From NCBI GenBank assembly GCA_010093815.1, contig ML996581.1: a stretch of 64,000 bases of DNA. One strand, written 5' to 3'. Below, piece after piece: positions 12,558 through 24,267 of the stretch. This DNA is from Pseudovirgaria hyperparasitica. Its lineage: Eukaryota. The notes under the pieces are model-generated. The model was not told the origin of the DNA and ran no database searches. It was given only the letters and a program-made list of their open reading frames with translations. Each line of letters opens with the position of its first letter. Position 1 is the first letter of the stretch. The translations under genes and the position numbers were made by a program.

Positions 12558-15500
12558 AGTTTCTTAGTCCTATGTTCTTCTCATATATAATAGTCTATAT
12601 TAGTCTATTCTAGACTTCTCTATATTATTCTATTATAATATATTACGTCGTATGCCTATAACGATTATTTACGTTTTCTTCGCGTTTAGTAACCGTGTAT
12701 CGCTTGAATTATAGGGCTATCTTATAGAGTTTTCCTAGTGTACGTTTAGAATTCGTGATTTAATACTTCGTTCTCTATAGTATCCTTCTTCTTTTTATAA
12801 CGGCCCTAATAGTACTAGGTTTACGGTAGTAATATGTTATTCTATAACCTCTATTTATATATAGCTATCGCGGTACTTAAGATATGTACCGTAGGTTTCT
12901 AGGTGTTCTTATCCTTAGTATAGTTCTTCTAACGAATTTAATACTTTTAGATACCGTTCTCGTTAAGCCTATGTTCGATAATATAGTCTACTTTATATAC
13001 GTCTAGTCTATCTTAGAGTATAATAGAGTGTAATTACACGTTCGTGCGTTTATATATATTAGGTCGAAACCTTTTAAGTAATAAGACGTAGAATATGTTA
13101 TGGACTTTTATATTATTTTCTAGGTTAAGCTTATAGACTCTTATACTAATACGACGTTTAATTCGGAAGGGACTAGCTATTTTATAATCGAGCTTTTTAT
13201 TTACTCGCGATGTTTATATATTACGGACGTTAAGAAGGACTTTATCTCTCTCCTTATACGCTTAATCTTTAACTAATCTATTATAGTACTTTATATACGA
13301 CTTATTCACTTACTAGATTATTACGCGATAGTTACGTGCGGTTTTAAAGATTTTAATTGCTAGTTCCTACGCGTGGACGTTAACATCTATCGTTCGGTTA
13401 AACTAGACCGTATAAGGTTCGAAACCTATCCTTAGACTATATTCTAGGTTCGCCTAGAAGGGCGTAATACCTATTATACTATAACGACTATTATTATATA
13501 TGAATTCTACTATACTTAGTAGAGAGGCCTAGTCGTCTTATTTGAAATTATAGAATGCACGAAGGTAGGCCTCGAGTATTTAGTTCTATCGCTCTATCTA
13601 ACTATCTATTTATAGATAGAATGCTATTAATATGTTTCTATTTATACCGGCTATTTTATAGAATAACGTCTAGAATTTAGACGTGAATATACTCCCTCGG
13701 TCTATAACGATCCTTTTTAGTATACTATAGACCTTAATAATCTTATTCTAGAATACTTATACTAGTTCTTTTAATGTGATTATCTTCTACATAGGGACGT
13801 ACCTAGATATCTTTATAAGTCTATCCACGATAATAAGAATTAAATTATAACTCATTCTAAGTATCTTACTTAGAGGTAAGTTAACTATAAAATCTATAGT
13901 AATATCTTCCTATATAAAGAGGGGGACTAGTAGAGACTATAAGTTCCTATATAGCTTATGCCTAGGTGCCTTTATTCTTTAATAAATTAGATAAGTAGCT
14001 ATCTATTCTTCGATATACTTAGGTATATCTTCCTAAAATTAGTACTAATAAATTAAGCTTAGGGTGCGTATATACCCGAAATGTTCTACTAGGTTAGCGT
14101 TATAGTATCGGCTAACTATAGTAAATCGTACGTTATCTATTAGTATATAGTACTTTCTATTATAGTAGAGTAAGCCATCCACGAAGGTCTACTTATAGTC
14201 TACTTCGGTCCGTAATAACCTATCTTACTATATTTTACGTAACTTTAAAACTATCGGGTCTATCTTTTATAGATCCACGATTAACTAGGCGAGGTCTACT
14301 TAATATACACGCCGGGTACTATCGCCCTCCCTAATAGCGCCGATAAATGGCTCGCTAGAGACTTCGGTACCGTGTCTTTAGTTACCGGCTTTAGTCTTAT
14401 AAATTTAATTACCAGCATCAGCGTTAGCATCTCGCTAATCGTCGGATAACTTATTATCTAACCTCGTCCTTAAGAGTTAGGCCTATAGCTACTCTAGGAC
14501 CCTATAGCTACTATAATCCTAGGCGCCTTCTTTATAGTTAGGTCTTCTTAATATTCTATTAGCTAGGTTTATACTTCTAGATCGATGGTAGATTATAAAG
14601 TAGAAATTTATAAGCTACTTAGCCTATCGAACCTATTAACGATTTAAAACTATTATACTTATAAACCCCTTTAAGTTATAGTAATTAGTTAGTAACTTAA
14701 TATTATATATAGTACCTTTAAGATAATATCGCTACTACTTAAACGACTCTACTATTACTAGTAGCTCTTGGTTATAAATAGTATATCTAGTCTTAACGTT
14801 AGCTATCTTACGCAAGAAGAACGTAACTAGATACTATTAGACCTTTTTAGACTCTATTAGTCTAGGCTAGGAGAGTATACCCGAGATTATAAATTCTAAT
14901 ATATTAGTTTCGACGTAAATAGGTTTAGTTAGATCGAAGTACACTAGTAATAGAGCGGTTATAAATGCTTCTTTAATCTTCTTAAAGGATATTCTTTTAA
15001 CCTTAGTTAATTTAATAGATTATAATTTAATATTATACTATTTCTATCTACCACGGACCGTAATAGATAAGTCGGTAGTAGTAGTATATATATTAAGTAG
15101 TGCGGCTAAATAGGAGAAGTATTTAATAAATTTTTAGTAGTAGTTAGCGAAGCTAATAAAGACACGTATATCTTAAACGGATTTTAGTTTAGGCTAGTCT
15201 ATAATAGTAGTAACTCTATCTCTCTCTATGGTTATACCTTAATTAGTAATAATAAAGCTAAGAAAGTTAATATAGTTCTAATGGAACTTATATTTAGATA
15301 GCTTAATATATAGCTTATACTTTTCTAGCCTATCTAGGACTATATATACGTGCTAGATATACTCCTCCTCGTTATCTAAGAAGATAAGGATGTTATCTAG
15401 GTACACGATATATATCGTATTAAGTAGGCCTACTAGTACGTTATTAATATACGCTTAGAAGGTGCCTAGTACGTTAGTTAGTCTAAAAGGAACTATAGTA

Positions 15501-15846
15501 TACTTAAAGTATCTATAACGGGTCCTAAAAGCCGTTTTCTATTCGTCGCCTTCCTTAATATAAAGGCGATAGTAGACGTTACGTAGATCGAGCTTAGTAA
15601 AGATCTTTACGCGTTCTAGTCTATTAATAGACTCGGAGATAAAAGGTAGTAGATAATAATTCTTTCGCGTAATATTATTTAGACTATAGTAGTTAATATA
15701 TAGACGGAGGCTCCTATCCTTCTTCTTTATAAAGAGAATTAGAGCTCCGGCTAGAGATATACTAGGCCTAATCTATTCTCGCGTAAGGTTCTTTTTAATA
15801 TATTCTCGAAGGGCTTATAACTTAGATTCTAAAAGAGGGTAGATAG

Positions 15847-16447
15847 TGTTAGGCACGTAAGGAGCACGTGGCCTGCCAGTTAATTATACATGTGTGTAGT
15901 AGTCGTATATAAGTAGTATACTCCACCCTTAAAGTAGTAGCTTCAAGATTCGGTCCTTTTAGTATAGTTGGTTAGTGTGTGGAGCCCGCCTCCTTATATA
16001 ATCTTAAAGCTACTACGGGGTCACGGGTTCAACTCTCGGTCTAGTCAACCGTTATTAAATTTCGCACGATTCCGTTTAGCTTGCCACGTTACGTGTCCTT
16101 TAAGCACGTGACGGATAACATGGTAGTAACATTACTATGGTAAGTTAGTGTGTCTGGTGCTAGAGGCGGTATTACGAGTATTGGTTATGTGTGTACATGG
16201 TTTATACTAGGCCCGTTACGGCTAGTTTAGTTTATCTTTCGTAAGGTAGTATACCCACGACGTGTAAGGATACGCGCCTTTGAAAAGGGGGATAATATTA
16301 GGCACGTGAGGAGCACGTGGCCTACTAGTTAATTATACATGTATGTAGTAGTTGTATATAAGTAGTGTACTCCACCCTTAAAGTAGTAGCTTCAAGATTC
16401 GGTCCTTTTGGTGTAGTTGGTTAGTGCGTGGAGCCCGCCTCCTTATA
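15847..16447 (+). mobile_element. TRIM (601 bp non-autonomous LTR element), copy 1, inserted in Gypsy pol
   Basis: 152 bp LTRs at 15847-15998 and 16296-16447, starting TG. PPT GAAAAGGGGGATAA at 16282-16295. 5 bp TSD GATAG at 15842-15846 and 16448-16452. No ORF. Confidence 0.95.
15960..16036 (+). promoter_or_regulatory. tRNA-type Pol III internal promoter of the TRIM: A box in LTR U5, B box in internal region
   Basis: A box TGGTGTAGTTGG (intact in the 3' LTR at 16409-16420, RIPed at 15960-15971). B box GGTTCAACTC at 16026-16035. Upstream TATATAAG at ~15906. Confidence 0.65.
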
Positions 16448-18551
16448 GATAGGTTCATATAGAGGTTACTAGCCGTCTTCGAGATTAATAGTAAGGTTAG
16501 TAGATTAGTATTAAGGTAGTTTAGAGGAATCGATCGCTAACACGATATATTAGTATATTTTATACTAATATAGTAGGTTTTCGTCTACTTTAATACTAAG
16601 CTCGCTATTTTACGTGAGTAAGAGTATATAGATAGTAGAGATCGCCTTCTTATAATCCTTCTAGAATTATTTATTCTCGATAAGCTATACTAGTTTCTAT
16701 TAAGGTAGGTTTATACGCTAGCTAGCTATCTTCTTAAGGAAGTCTAGTTTTAGGTTATATTTCTTAAGCTATAGTATACCTAGAATTATATTAAAGGGAC
16801 TATCTACCACGATAAAGGTTAAGTAGTAGAGTTTCTATTTCCCTCCGCTATCCTAGATACCGTATTTAATAGTATAGATACTATATAACTTAATAGAACC
16901 GTCGATACTATGGAACATAGCACCTATTAGAGCTTAGATATCGGCGTTAAGTTCTCGTGCTCGTTAGGTTAATATAACGTTAGTAGCCGACCTACTATTA
17001 AGTATTATAGTTTAATATTATCTACGAGGGACCTTAATAGGTCTAGTCTATAGTTTAATATACTATTTAGCGGATTACCCCTCTATTATAGTCGCGTCTA
17101 TAAGTCGCGAGGGTTTCTCGTAGACTATTAGTTTTTTATATTCTATACTAGGTAGTTAGGCGCGATATGTTCTAGCTACTAGCACTTATAGTATATAACT
17201 AGTTAGTTAGTTATATTAGTACTTAGTAGCTTCCCTAAACGGTACTTAGATACTATATAGTCTATTCTACTATAGGTATAGTAAGTAACTTTAGGTCGTT
17301 TATACGAGTCGGTCCTTATATCTTAATATATTAATTAGTAGGGAGATCCACGATACGATCCGCGTGGTTTTAAATTTAAGGCGTGGTAGTAGCCTTATAA
17401 CGTCCCGCGAGATCTATTACTAAATCGGTTTTAGTTAGATAATTTTACGTTAGATTAGATTATTAGGGATAGTTATACACTAGCGCGGTGTTAATTATTT
17501 ATTATATACTAGTATCGCTCCGCGAGGTTTATAAGAGCTTAGAGGTCTATAGAGATTATCGTTATAAGGTTAAAACGGTCCTTTATATTTAGGGTAAGAG
17601 ACCGTTTAAAGTCGTTATACTATCGAATTATATAATCTTCTTCGGCTTCTCTCTAGAGGGGCCGAAGGTATTTAAGGAGTTATAACGGTAACTAATTATC
17701 TCGTTATCGAGTCTTAAAGATATGGCCCTAGGCCTAGTTACGTTGTTTAGCTCTATCGCTAAAATATTAGAGGAGAAATTCGGTAAACATGTCCTAGTTA
17801 TAGGCATCCTTAGAATATTCGATTTAGTATACTATCTAACGTTCTAAAGGCGTCGGGTTAAGGTAGTTCTAGGCGAATCTAATTTTATTACTATCGTTCG
17901 TAAATAGATAGAAGAATCGGCTATATTAGTAAGCCTATACGTGGAAACTCTTTCTACTTTTACTATTAAAGTAAGGTGGTTTCTTAGGTCGGGGTAATTA
18001 GGATAGTAGTAGACTAGAATGGATCGTTTTAGTTGGTATAGGTCTATATAAATATAGATTAGTCGTTGCTAGAACTAAAGCGTATAATATAGCTTTAAGT
18101 CTCGTAGTACGTCCTTAAGCTTTATTAAGTTTACGTAGTTATTACTCGAGTTAAACCTATCGTTACCTCTCTTTATATAGTCTAGTATATACGTCGTTAT
18201 AAGGTGTAGTTAATATTAGGCGATTCTAACGGATTAACTCATTAACGTTAATAAGGTCTAGCCTTATATTAAGGTTAGGTCTAGTATAGTTTAAACTAGA
18301 CCGAGATAGAGTATAATAGACTCTATCCTCGTATTCTATAATATCTTCTATAGTTATACGGAATATTATACGAGTTATTAGTACGATAGTCTATAAGGTA
18401 TAATTATCGGTAGGGGTAGTTATAGGTAGACTATTCTTCTTATTTAGGTTAGGAGAAGGTCTACTATAAGAGGCGGTACCACGAGTATTATAATAAGTGG
18501 TTAGAGCCGTTTCTATGAACTACTATCGTGCTATATAAAGAGAAATTAAAA

Positions 18552-18791
18552 TATAAGGATTATAGACGTAGGATAGTAGTCTAATAGATCATAGGAGGAT
18601 TCGGGAATATATTTAAAAGGGTAGTCTACTCTTCTAACGAGGTTAATTTCTAAAGAGTAGGAATTAAGTGTGTGCGGCCTACTTATATAGTAGTCTCGCT
18701 TATTCTAGCTAGCTTACCCTAGGTCCACCTGTTACGGACCGTACTAGACCATAGTATTCTAGTTAAGTCTATCCTAGTATCAGCCCTAACA
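18552..18791 (-). repeat. Gypsy 5' LTR
   Basis: Ends ...TAACA at 18791 (TG on minus strand) and is followed by the TSD. Confidence 0.95.
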
Positions 18792-19050
18792 CTTAGATAG
18801 AGGTAATATTAATACTATTAGTAGCCTTATACTATTATATATAGCGGGTTAAAGGTCTAGTAATAAGACTTATATAATAGATAGGTTCCGTGTCTATAAG
18901 CTAGAGCATATCCTACGCCCTATATAGATTATATTATATTAGTTAGTTATAGATAGTTTATTCTAGTTAAATACGTATAGTAATTAGGGGATCTATAACG
19001 AGGTATATAATCTAGACTTCTAGGCTATAAATAGATAAAACGTAACTATA
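18792..19050 (+). pseudogene. Plavaka-like transposase relic, segment 3 (C-terminus; end approximate)
   Basis: Continues after the Gypsy TSD. Reads FRVYKLEHILRP.QI, similar to the family's C-terminal motif. Confidence 0.4.
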
Positions 19051-19522
19051 GCGTTAAAACATGGGCGCGTATTATAAGTCTATCGCTATCTACTACTACC
19101 TACCGTAGTATACTAGTATATACTAGTATATAGTAGAAGTAATAGTTTATATATAGTAGCACTCGATAGTCGTATCCTATACTAGAATATCTCTAAGGAA
19201 TAATCGTGGTTTATTACGATCGGTTCTATAAAAGGCTTATATTTAATAACTATCTATAATTTTAGCTAAGGAGTATCTAGGGATATACCTCCTTATTATC
19301 TAATAATTACTAGCTAGTATAAAAACTCTACGCCTCTAAAAGGGGTATATAGAACTTAAAGAATTTTTATTCACGGGTAGAACTAGATACGGATAGTATT
19401 AACCTAATATAGATAGATTATATATATTAATACCCTAAAATCTAAACTATATCTCTAGGCCTACTAGACCTAGCTCGTATCTAATTCTAATGTTTTTATT
19501 ATCCGCGTTTATATCTTATTAG

Positions 19523-19655
19523 ATACCGGGTATATAATAAGTCTATAGTTAAGTAAGTATTAGGTATATAACGAGTCTATTAATAAATAAGTGCCGGGTA
19601 TATAATGAGTCTATATAAATAAGTATAAATAAGTATATACCGGGTATATAACGCT
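19523..19655. repeat. Four short direct repeats with core (CC)GGGTATATAAYGAGTCTAT
   Basis: Copies at ~19525, 19561, 19594 and 19640. Confidence 0.7.
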
Positions 19656-19925
19656 CTTACTAGAGAAACGTCTTCCTTAAGTATCTCCCCCTTCTAATAT
19701 TTCTTCTTCTCTTTCTTTATTCTTTCTCTAGCCTTATAAGTATAGTTAGACTTATATTACTATATTATCGATATATACATTCTTATATAGACCGTTAGAA
19801 ACTATGGTAACTAGATATACATTCTTATAATAGATAAATATACCGTACTAATACGTTGCATTATTCGTGTTTAATATAAGGGTTTACTACTATAATTATT
19901 CGTTGTTACGCTTATCTATCTCTTC

Positions 19926-19997
19926 TTAATAATAGTACTAATTAATAATAACCTATTATAGAGATAATAGGTTATTATTAATTAGTACTATTATTAA
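19926..19997. repeat. Perfect 72 bp hairpin (34 bp arms, 4 nt loop)
   Basis: TTAATAATAGTACTAATTAATAATAACCTATTAT-AGAG-exact reverse complement. Confidence 0.95.
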
Positions 19998-20640
19998 ATA
20001 TTTATATATTAATATTATATAAGTATATACTTTATAGAGGTCCTCTATCCTTCTCTTAAGCTACCTAGACTATTCTCTAATTACTAGAAACTCTTATATC
20101 TAACTATTTCTACTATTTATTTCTTAGTTCTACTCGTTAGGCTTTGAACGATAGCGAACTATAATAGATTAGTAGTTATCTATATTTCGTGTACGCCGAG
20201 TTAGTATACCTAAATATAATAGATAATAGTATATTTATAATAGTATATACTAGATCTTATAGTATTCCTCTTTAGCGGTAGATCCACGTAGTTATAAAGA
20301 CGGTCTACTATTCTATTATATCTATATACTACGCTACTCTTTTATTATATATAGATAGAATTACTAGAGTAGAGCTATTATCTATTATACTTAACGTTAT
20401 ATATAGAGTATTATATATTTAATATTATTATTTCATGTACTCTATATTAGTGCGGGATTAAATACCGGTTATATATTTCCCCGCCTCTATTAAATTAATA
20501 AGTTATTACCGATAACTATATAGACTACTCGCGTTAATATAGCTATAATATACGTGTTATACCTACATCTATTATATAGAGTATATATATTATCTCTCTA
20601 TTACCCTAGTAATATACCCTATTCTCTATTCTATCTATCT

Positions 20641-22400
20641 ATAGCTATATCCGGCTAGCCGCGAATAAATAGCCGAGTAGAAGCGAGTCTCGATATACTT
20701 TATATATTCAGGGCGTCTAATAGATAGAAACTTCGGGTACGTATAGAAGAGTTAATTTAAGAGGAATTTACTAGTCTATTACTAAACCTATATAGTAAGG
20801 AAGTAAAGGACTACTAGATAAAATAAGAGCGTTGCCTCTAGATAGTCGCGGATAAATATATATTTATTAATAGTAGTTATACTATTTCATGGGTAGATGC
20901 CATATATTAACTTAATACTATATTCTTAGTATTTACGCGTAACTGGCGGCGGTTAGCTAAATACTATTATATATATTAAAATAATACCCTAGGCTAGACG
21001 AGCTATTATAATATTATATATACTCTACGAACCTATCTAATATATCTAGCTAACCTAGTTATTTAACTATTAGACTATTAGTATCTATATCTCCTAAAGT
21101 AGCCGTGTCGCCATGTTATATATATATATCTATAGTCCTTATCCGCGATTATACTTAGGTTACCCTAGTACTAATAACGGCTATATAGAATGGTATAATA
21201 CTATTAAATATTAAGGGTATAAAAATACACGATATAGTAGGTCTTAGTATAAATAAACTATTAGAATTTATTAGCTCGTCTATAGATATACTAGGGGATG
21301 TAGACGGTTATAGATATAGTCGCGTCTACCTAGAATATCTAATTCTACTAAGCGAGTCGAGTAATATAATCCTTCGTAAGGATAGTTTAGACTAGGTATT
21401 ATAGTAGACTATTAAATAGATACTAGGCTTAGGACTAGATCGGGTGGTTTTCCGCGTGGGCGATATAAATAGTATATATAGAAGCCTACTATAATATATT
21501 AACTATAATCTAACTATATAGGAACGTCGCGCTATAAGTATAGTAGTAGAATTTCTCTATCTAGCGCGCGTAGATAAGCTCGAGATATATATACGCTAAT
21601 AGATATTAGTATATATCGATATATTACGACTACTAAGCGGCGTATACTAATGTATACTAGTATATCTAGTATATACTAGTATAATACCGTCGCTCTTCCA
21701 TAGACCTAATACTATTTATATATCTTAGGTTTTCGGTTATTAGTTATATATAGAGTTATATACACGGTAGATATCTTATTAGATTTAGGTCTTTCGTTAA
21801 TAGTATATAGATATGCTCTAGTCTACTTAATATAGACGTAGTTAACGCTTTATCTACTTAAATAATAGATGTTAATAATAACACGACTAGTATATTTATC
21901 TATTATATTATTAGCTAGCTAATATTATATTAGGAGAGTCGAGCGCCGCTATCCCGCCTACTCTACCCATTAATATTAATATACTAGTAATTATAATCTA
22001 ATCGCCTTACGAATTAATATATAATACTAGTATACTTAAGAGTTCGAGCAAACGTATAAAAGTCTAATATTATATACTATTTAGGGCTAGGGAGGAAGCG
22101 CCTACTAGCGTAGTAGTTATTAAGGCGATAGTAGAAGTCTATATATAACTAGATATACTAAGTCTATCTCCTTCTTATATAGTCCTATCGCTAGATAATA
22201 TTATTAGTTTTAATATTATAGGAGAGGAGTTTATAGACACGAACCCATGAATATTAGTATAATATTAGCTTAATAGTACGTATTATAGTATAAAGTAAGT
22301 TATATTTAAGTAGTAGTTAGATATATACGCTAGTATACTAACGGATATATAGTATCTCTACTATAAATAGAATAGGTAAGGTATAGCTAGTAATATCTTA
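20641..22400 (+). pseudogene. RIP-degraded gene(s) of unknown function
   Basis: Coding-like frame from 20641 (de-RIPed MAMSGQPRINSRVEASLD...). Stops seen are TAA/TAG only. No recognisable domain. Confidence 0.35.
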
Positions 22401-22917
22401 CTATCTAGAAGAGATAGTTACTATAGAATTTAGAAGATAGACTTAGTATCTATAGTGTTAGTATGTCGGACGGCTAAACTTTTATATAATACTATTTACT
22501 TATATCTATATTTATCTAAGCCCCGATTTAATAGCCTTCTATAATATACTATATACTTAGTCGGCGAGCTACTAGACTTATATAATAGTAGTATACTACT
22601 CTACTTTATATACTACTTAAGCTACTATTACTTTAGCCTACGTTAATCTTAGCTTCCTTTAGTTATCTCTATATTATAAAAGAAAACTTCTATAAACCTT
22701 TTCTCTACTTATCTTGGTTTTTAAATCTAAATCTTACCTTCTATACTTTATTCTATATTAATTATAACTATATATAAACGCTACGTCGAACTCGACTCTA
22801 TTAACCCTTAAGGTCCATTCTATATAATAGTTAATAAGATTATATTTATAGTTTATAATATAGATTAAGAACTCGTTATATTTAGTAATATTTAGGACTA
22901 GTCTATACTTAACGTAA

Positions 22918-23143
22918 TTAAGCCTTACGTTTAAGCCGATCCTTATATTTAAGTCGAGTCTTACGTTTAAGTTAAGCCTTACGCTTAAGCTAATCCTTAT
23001 ATTTAAGCCGAGCCTTATATTTAAGCCAAGCCTTATGTTTAAGTCGAGTCTTACGCTTAAGCTAATTCTTATATTTAAGCCGAGCCTTACGTTTAAGCCG
23101 ATCCTTATATTTAAGCTAAGCCTTATACTTAAGTCGAAGCTTA
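22918..23143. repeat. 18 bp tandem minisatellite, ~12 copies (TTAAGCCGAGCCTTACGT)
   Basis: Directly visible. The period is a multiple of 3, so it is probably a 6-aa coding repeat. Confidence 0.9.
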
Positions 23144-24267
23144 AAATATAACTACTATCTTAACTAATAATAAACCACTTATCTTTAGTATACTTACCGG
23201 TAACTACTATTCTAATAATAAGTATAAACTTAAGAAGGTCTAAAGTAGTAAGGCTCCTGTTTCTACTTACGCTATCTATTAGATCTCTCTTATATAGAGT
23301 AATCTATAGTTAATCTTTAGGAATGTCTATAGTATTAGTAGAGAAATAGATAGACTTAAGTAGAAATAAGTGAAAACTTAAGCTAAGCTTAAGCTAGTAG
23401 TATTTAAGGCTCGTGGTAAAGGTTATAGCTTTAAAGAGTCGATTAGTTATATATATAGATTCCTTAAATTCCCTAAGTACTACTCTTAGATTAAGTTATA
23501 TACTCGCTTCTAATAGATTAATAAAGGGAAATTAGTATCCTTAATAAGCTTACTCCGCTTTAATTATACTAATATCCTTCTATTATCCGACTACCCTACG
23601 GTATAGATCTTTAAGATTAAGTAAGTAGATAACTTTATTAAGTATTTTTCTAAACTTTCTAATCTTATTATAAGCGAAGTAGATAAAGCTAATATACTAT
23701 ATACTAATACCGGTCTCTATAAAGACCCTTATAACTTTTAGATTATTAAACTTATAGCTAGTAAGCTTCTTAGTATAGGTTTTACTATCCCGTTATATAT
23801 TAGATCTAATATAATATATAAATAAGTAAAGTAATTCTTTTAAGATCTAGATACTTATACTATAGTTTATATCTTACTACCGCTATGTAACTCTATAGAT
23901 CTTACTAGCTTTAATAATAAGCTTAAACTAGAGAGCGATCCGATTAATTTATAGTATATAGAAGTTACTACTCCCTATATATAATATAGTATAGAGAAAA
24001 AAAACTTCTTACACCCCAACGGACCAAACTAGTCAATTCGGGGTAAAACAGCGATTTACATATATTAAATAATAGAGTATACCGAGTATAATAACCTCCG
24101 ATACACGTGCGTACGTATAGCGTATAATACGCGACGATACCGACGTATAGAGACACTATATATATACGCTTAAAGACTCTTCGATAACACGAGTATAGAC
24201 TATATCTAATAAACGCCGACACGCCGACCCCCTTTTATTAGTTAAGGGCTACCCTTAACTAATAACC

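Larger units (their letters stand above)
12600..18500 (-). pseudogene. Gypsy gag-pol relic (ends approximate)
   Basis: De-RIPed CYKCQQPGHIAPNC knuckle (~17155-17200), protease ILDSGS (~16990-17015), RT IVYLDDIL (~15388-15411) and integrase KKLDY..GPF (~13160-13200). Confidence 0.9.
10175..18791 (-). mobile_element. Complete Ty3/Gypsy LTR retrotransposon, RIP-inactivated
   Basis: 240 bp direct LTRs at 10175-10414 and 18552-18791. 5 bp TSD CTTAG at 10170-10174 and 18792-18796. Minus-strand PPT at ~10415-10430. Domain order gag-PR-RT-RH-INT. Confidence 0.95.

Noticed and set aside
12600..12950. Chromodomain at the Gypsy integrase C-terminus
   Set aside because: I could not recognise the motif in the degraded frame.
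15950..16045. Functional tRNA gene
   Set aside because: A and B boxes are present, but there is no convincing acceptor or anticodon stem, and it is part of a mobile element.
22918..23143. CRISPR-like array
   Set aside because: Head-to-tail repeats without unique spacers, in eukaryotic DNA.
24235..24265. Telomeric repeat (TTAAGGG/CCCTTAA)
   Set aside because: Single non-tandem unit within a palindrome; no (TTAGGG)n array.
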